Source: Candidatus Latescibacterota bacterium
GTDB lineage: Bacteria > Latescibacterota > UBA2968 > UBA8231
Assembly: GCA_965248265.1 (NCBI GenBank)
Contig: CBDFJF010000002.1
Coordinates: forward strand, 1,120,001 to 1,184,000
Length of the DNA: 64,000 nucleotides
Reading direction: 5' to 3'
Shown here piece by piece: positions 59,915 to 64,000 of the stretch (position 1 is its first letter; each line of letters opens with the position of its first letter). A program made the translations under genes and the position numbers. The notes under the pieces are model-generated. The model ran no database searches and was not told the origin of the DNA. It saw nothing but the letters and a program-made list of their open reading frames with translations.

Positions 59915-61150
59915 ATGAGCGATTCGAAGATCCGTGATGTGCGGGCCATTATCACGCATCCACCTGGCGCGCGTACCCTCACCGTCGTCAAGGTGGAGAC
60001 CGATGAGCCGGAACTCTACGGCCTGGGATGTGCCTCATTCTGCACACGACCGACGGCTGTGGCCGCTGCGGTGGACGATTACCTGAAGCCCTTTCTGATC
60101 GGCAAAGACCCTGGTGATATCGAAGACATATGGCAGTCGTGTTACATGTCCTCCTATTGGCGCAACGGACCCGTCCTCAACAATGCCATCAGCGGCGTGG
60201 ACCAGGCGTTGTGGGACATCAAGGGCAAGGTAGCGGGGATGCCGGTGTACGAACTGTTCGGCGGTAAATCCAGGGAAGCTGCGGCCGTTTACGTGAGCCC
60301 CCGGGGGCAAGACCGCGCGGAGCGCGAAGAGCACACCCGGGAGCTTTTGGAACAGGGCTTCCACCACATCAAGTTCGGCTGGGGAAGCACGATGGCGGAA
60401 GAGGATACGGAGTACTACCAGCGAACCGTCATTACCAAAAAGGCCTCCATCGACGGCGGCGGCATCATCGAAGCGACATCGATCTGCCGTAATATCGTCA
60501 AGGCCTTCGAGGAGTTCCGGGAGACCCACGGCCCGAACCCGGAGATACTCCTCGATGTCAAATCGCCGATGCCGCCTATCCAGGGCCTGGCATTGGCCAA
60601 GGACGTGGAGCAGTACAAGCCCTACTTCCTGGAGGACCTTTTTGCTCCCGAGGACAACGACTATTTCCGCCTGGTGCGGGAGCAGACGAGCACGCCGATG
60701 GCCATGGGTGAGCTCTACAGCAATCCCCATGAAGTCATCCCGGTGATCAAAGACCGGCTGATCGACTTCCTCCGGCTGCACATTTCGACGATCGGCGGGC
60801 TGACGCCTGCACGCAAGCTGGCCGCGCTGTGCGAAGCCTTCAACGTCCGCACTGCCTGGCACGGCTCGGCCGATGTCTCGCCTGTCGGGCACGCCGCCAA
60901 TCGCATGCTGGACATGAATGTGTGGAATTTCGGCGTTCAGGAGGCTTCGTGTTACCTGAGCACCCATGAAACCTTGAAGGAGGTGTTTCCGGGTGTACCT
61001 GAAGTACGCAATGGCTACATGTGGCCGAGTGGCAAACCCGGTTTGGGGGTGGATATCAACGAGGAGCTGGCTGCCAAGTATCCACTAACAGATACGCGTC
61101 TTCGGGAAGACGCCGCACGGCGTCCTGACGGCACTGTGACCAGGCCCTAG
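59915..61150 (+). CDS. RspA/ManD-like enolase-superfamily dehydratase
   Basis: Motifs YWRNGPVLNNAISGVDQALWDIKGK, MAMGEL, TAWHG and NFGVQE. Confidence 0.85.
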   Translation: MSDSKIRDVRAIITHPPGARTLTVVKVETDEPELYGLGCASFCTRPTAVAAAVDDYLKPFLIGKDPGDIEDIWQSCYMSSYWRNGPVLNNAISGVDQALWDIKGKVAGMPVYELFGGKSREAAAVYVSPRGQDRAEREEHTRELLEQGFHHIKFGWGSTMAEEDTEYYQRTVITKKASIDGGGIIEATSICRNIVKAFEEFRETHGPNPEILLDVKSPMPPIQGLALAKDVEQYKPYFLEDLFAPEDNDYFRLVREQTSTPMAMGELYSNPHEVIPVIKDRLIDFLRLHISTIGGLTPARKLAALCEAFNVRTAWHGSADVSPVGHAANRMLDMNVWNFGVQEASCYLSTHETLKEVFPGVPEVRNGYMWPSGKPGLGVDINEELAAKYPLTDTRLREDAARRPDGTVTRP

Positions 61151-61187
61151 TTGCGGGGGAATTGACATGGCACCCGGCTTGACGTAT

Positions 61188-61201
61188 CTTGACATGTCAA
61201 G
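61188..61201. promoter_or_regulatory. Perfect palindrome CTTGACATGTCAAG; probable toxin-antitoxin operator
   Basis: Lies 12 bp upstream of the antitoxin start; TTGAC also occurs twice just upstream. Confidence 0.6.
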
Positions 61202-61213
61202 CAAGGGGGCGTC

Positions 61214-61426
61214 ATGGCTGCTACGAAAATCAGTTCCAAAGTCGAAGAATCCGTCTGGAAGGACCTCCAGCAACTGGCGGGGGAGTCCCACCAGAGCATT
61301 TCGGGGCTTCTCACTGAAGCCATTCGCGAATACGTCCAGCGACGGCGCGTACGTCCGGAGGTGCTTCGACATCTGGATTCCTCGATTGCAGAAAACGAGG
61401 AGTTGGGCCGGCGACTTGCCCAGTGA
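61214..61426 (+). CDS. Ribbon-helix-helix-type antitoxin
   Basis: 70-aa ORF overlapping a Doc toxin gene; C-terminal N.EL.RRLA. Confidence 0.7.
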   Translation: MAATKISSKVEESVWKDLQQLAGESHQSISGLLTEAIREYVQRRRVRPEVLRHLDSSIAENEELGRRLAQ

Positions 61427-61805
61427 TCGCGTCCAATACCTGAGCGTGGATGAGGTGGTCGCCATCCACGACCGCCTCATCGATACATTCGGTGGCGCCG
61501 CAGGCACACGCGACCTCGGCCTGCTCGAGAGCGCTCTCTTTCGTCCCCGGACTGGTTACTACTCCGACATCACAGAAATGGCTGCGGCCCTTTTCGAATC
61601 GCTGCTGATGAACCATCCATTCGTCGATGGCAACAAGCGAGTCGCCTTCTTTGCCACGGATGTCTTCCTGAGATTGAACGGCTGGAAACTCCAGGTCGAT
61701 CCGGAGGAGGCGCACAGGTTCCTGATCGGACTTCTGGACGAGGGCCACTGTGATTTCGAGCGCCTGCTACCGTGGATCGGTGGGGTTCTCGAGGAGACCG
61801 ACTGA
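61416..61805 (+). CDS. doc: Doc/Fic family toxin (death-on-curing)
   Basis: Motifs RDLGLLESAL.RP and NHPFVDGNKR. Confidence 0.9.
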   Translation: MPSDRVQYLSVDEVVAIHDRLIDTFGGAAGTRDLGLLESALFRPRTGYYSDITEMAAALFESLLMNHPFVDGNKRVAFFATDVFLRLNGWKLQVDPEEAHRFLIGLLDEGHCDFERLLPWIGGVLEETD

Positions 61806-61857
61806 TTTGACCTGACGGATCAGAAACCGTCACGGCGCGCCCGTCGTCGGCTCGACT

Positions 61858-63045
61858 TCAGCCCGCCGCGATCTTCGCGAGCAGTACCCTGTTGATGTCC
61901 CCCTCGCGTTCGCCCGACCTGACACCTTCCCCACAAGTGACCCAACTCTCTGTCTCGCTAACCTGACAGACGCCGAAGTTTCCCATGGCGGCGTCGTTTT
62001 CCGGGAGCGCTACGCGCTCGGTGCTGCGGATCACTTGCAGCCTGTCGGGATCCACCTCGGCGATGAAGACTGGTGCCCGATGGCGAAAGATGTGGTCGTT
62101 GTCTGCGCCGGGGCGGTTGTAGAGCAGATAGAGGCCCCCACCGATGGTCGCCCAGTGCTGCTGGGTGCAGTAGCTGCCGAGGATTTCGCTGTCGTTGAAG
62201 GTCCACTCCCTGACCTCCTCGAAGTGGATGCCGTCAATGCCTTTGGTCACGAATGCGCTGTGATCCGAGCGCATCGTCAGAAAGAACGCTCCGTCGAAGG
62301 TGGTCAGAGACGGTTCGCACAGGCCGCGGGCTGAAAACTCGACACCACGCCGCGCAGCGAGTCGGCGAGAATGGTCTCGCGAGATGGAGTGCTCCGTTCC
62401 GTGCTCTTTATAGGTCAGCGTCTGTCCGTCGAAGCCACAGCGCGCCACGATGCTGTTGTAGAGGACTCTCTCATCGCTGAAGTCAAACATGTCCTCATTC
62501 TCGTCCAGGTCGGAACTTGGCATATAAACTATCGGCAGCAGAATATCCCCGTCAGGCAAATCGACTCGCTGGCTGCATCCAGCGCTCTGAGCCAGCATGG
62601 GCTGGGACGCGTGGTCCCGCTCGGGCAACTCCAGCTCCCGCAGCGGACCCCAGGTCTCTGTTTTCGGATCCATCACCGCGTAGGCGACCCGGTGCCTGAG
62701 GTGGTGCTCGTGCCTGCCGCCGGCAAAGTAGAAGCTGACGCCGGAGCTGAGAATTATACCGCTGGGGGCGTGCCACTGGGTCCAGAAATCGCTGCCGGCC
62801 ACTTCGTATCCGTCGGCAGTCTCAACACGGCGTAGCGAGGCGACAGCAGCGGGTGCAGACCAGGTCGTGCCGTCGTCCCGGCTGATCGACTGATAGACGT
62901 CGCAATAGTCGTGCGTGAACCGGTGTCGTGTCTGGTTCATCGTGGTCACGCACACGGGTGATTCGCCGGGGATGTAGGCCGACCGGGCCTGAAACCAATC
63001 CCATTGGTCGTTGCCTTCGGCGATCGTCGAGCAGGTTATCTGCAT
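61858..63045 (-). CDS. Sialidase-like (BNR) beta-propeller protein
   Basis: Motifs SRDDGTTW, GLCEPSL and FRHRAP. Confidence 0.7.
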   Translation of the reverse strand: MQITCSTIAEGNDQWDWFQARSAYIPGESPVCVTTMNQTRHRFTHDYCDVYQSISRDDGTTWSAPAAVASLRRVETADGYEVAGSDFWTQWHAPSGIILSSGVSFYFAGGRHEHHLRHRVAYAVMDPKTETWGPLRELELPERDHASQPMLAQSAGCSQRVDLPDGDILLPIVYMPSSDLDENEDMFDFSDERVLYNSIVARCGFDGQTLTYKEHGTEHSISRDHSRRLAARRGVEFSARGLCEPSLTTFDGAFFLTMRSDHSAFVTKGIDGIHFEEVREWTFNDSEILGSYCTQQHWATIGGGLYLLYNRPGADNDHIFRHRAPVFIAEVDPDRLQVIRSTERVALPENDAAMGNFGVCQVSETESWVTCGEGVRSGEREGDINRVLLAKIAAG

Positions 63046-63143
63046 CAGATCGGTGAAGCCGACGAGGGTGGCAGGGTTCCATACAGCCTCGTATCTAACC
63101 CACACTCACACACAGGGATAAAACCGCCTGCGGTCATATGCTA

Positions 63144-64000
63144 CTAGCGGAGCAGTAGAAGCTTGCGCGTTGCCACTCGATCGCCGGCTGTTAGACGGTA
63201 CAGGTATACGCCCGACGACAGATCTAGGCCAGCGTCGTCACGACCATCCCATAGGAGGGTGTATGTCCCTGCCTGGCGGCGCCCCTGCGCCAAGGTAGCC
63301 GCTTTCTGACCGGCCAGGTTGTAGAGTGCCAGCTCGATCTCCTGCGACCGCGGCAGGTCGAAGCTGATGGTGGTCTCGGGATTGAATGGGTTGGGATAGT
63401 TCTGCAGCAGCATGAAGGATTGAGGGGTTGCGTTGTCCCGTTCCTCCCGCACCGCGGTAGATGGTGGAGTGCCCTCGGTGATCACCAGACTCTGGTTGAC
63501 CGCCACATCGGTGAACACCTGCCTCACACCCGAAGGCCAGCGGATGATCAGCGAGTCCACGATGCTTGCGCTACCTATGCCGAAATCCACCGACAGCGAG
63601 TGGAACGAGAACAAGCCTGACCCGGCTTCCACGTCTCTGCGTTGCCGGAGATCGTCGACCACGGCAGTGATCCGGGTGCCAACCGCGTCGCGGTTGCTCG
63701 CAGTCCCCACCAGATTGAGTGTCAGCCAGTTGTTGTTGGTTCCCTCGTTGCGATAAAGTGCGTTCGGCCATCCGATGGGTCCACCATCAGAAAATTGGAC
63801 TGTCGGCAGATAGAGATCGAGATCACCGTCGTGGTCAAAGTCACCCCAGGAGGCCCCGCCTGAGTGCTGAGCAACGCCCGCACTTGCACCAATCTCCACG
63901 AATGGGCCATCCCCGCTGTTCTGGAACAGTCGGCTCGGGCTGCTGCTGGCGAGGTTCGACACGTAAAGGTCCAGATCTCCATCCTGGTCGGAGTCGACCC
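63144..64000 (-). CDS. FG-GAP repeat / ASPIC-UnbV protein with a FlgD-Ig/T9SS-like C-terminal domain (partial)
   Basis: Motifs WGDFDHDGDLDLY, FGIG...IRWPSG, LLQNYPNPFNP and SSGVYLYRL. Confidence 0.85.
   Translation of the reverse strand, partial: VDSDQDGDLDLYVSNLASSSPSRLFQNSGDGPFVEIGASAGVAQHSGGASWGDFDHDGDLDLYLPTVQFSDGGPIGWPNALYRNEGTNNNWLTLNLVGTASNRDAVGTRITAVVDDLRQRRDVEAGSGLFSFHSLSVDFGIGSASIVDSLIIRWPSGVRQVFTDVAVNQSLVITEGTPPSTAVREERDNATPQSFMLLQNYPNPFNPETTISFDLPRSQEIELALYNLAGQKAATLAQGRRQAGTYTLLWDGRDDAGLDLSSGVYLYRLTAGDRVATRKLLLLR

Overview
This is a GC-rich bacterial window. The many phytanoyl-CoA dioxygenase (PhyH), sugar-acid dehydratase, sulfatase, glycoside-hydrolase-like and beta-propeller genes, plus a FlgD/T9SS-like C-terminal tail, suggest a Latescibacterota/Poribacteria-like heterotroph (inference). 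The main feature is a ~24-kb island (14270-38167). It contains eight co-oriented copies (five essentially complete, two truncated and one with a 2-bp deletion) of a structured ~214-bp element that is the 3' (oriIS-side) end of an IS91/ISCR-type HUH rolling-circle transposase. Each copy begins at exactly the same base (GCGCTTAGTGAGG...), and the copies separate 1.3-5.7-kb pieces of unrelated, end-truncated cargo DNA. The only near-full transposase gene, now degenerate, sits at the right end. The island is bracketed by a ~162-bp duplication whose coding differences are all synonymous. The layout looks like an integron-like gene-capture array built by a HUH transposase rather than a tyrosine integrase. 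One cargo piece is itself an integron cassette with attC sites (an HNH-like/CHAT-like gene). The backbone also encodes a probable UGSC-family selenoprotein (in-frame TGA in a UxxC motif plus a SECIS-like hairpin), a Doc-family toxin-antitoxin pair and several gene remnants. A BrnT/BrnA pair lies within the island cargo. No rRNA, tRNA or CRISPR array was seen. All calls come from reading motifs by eye, without database searches.
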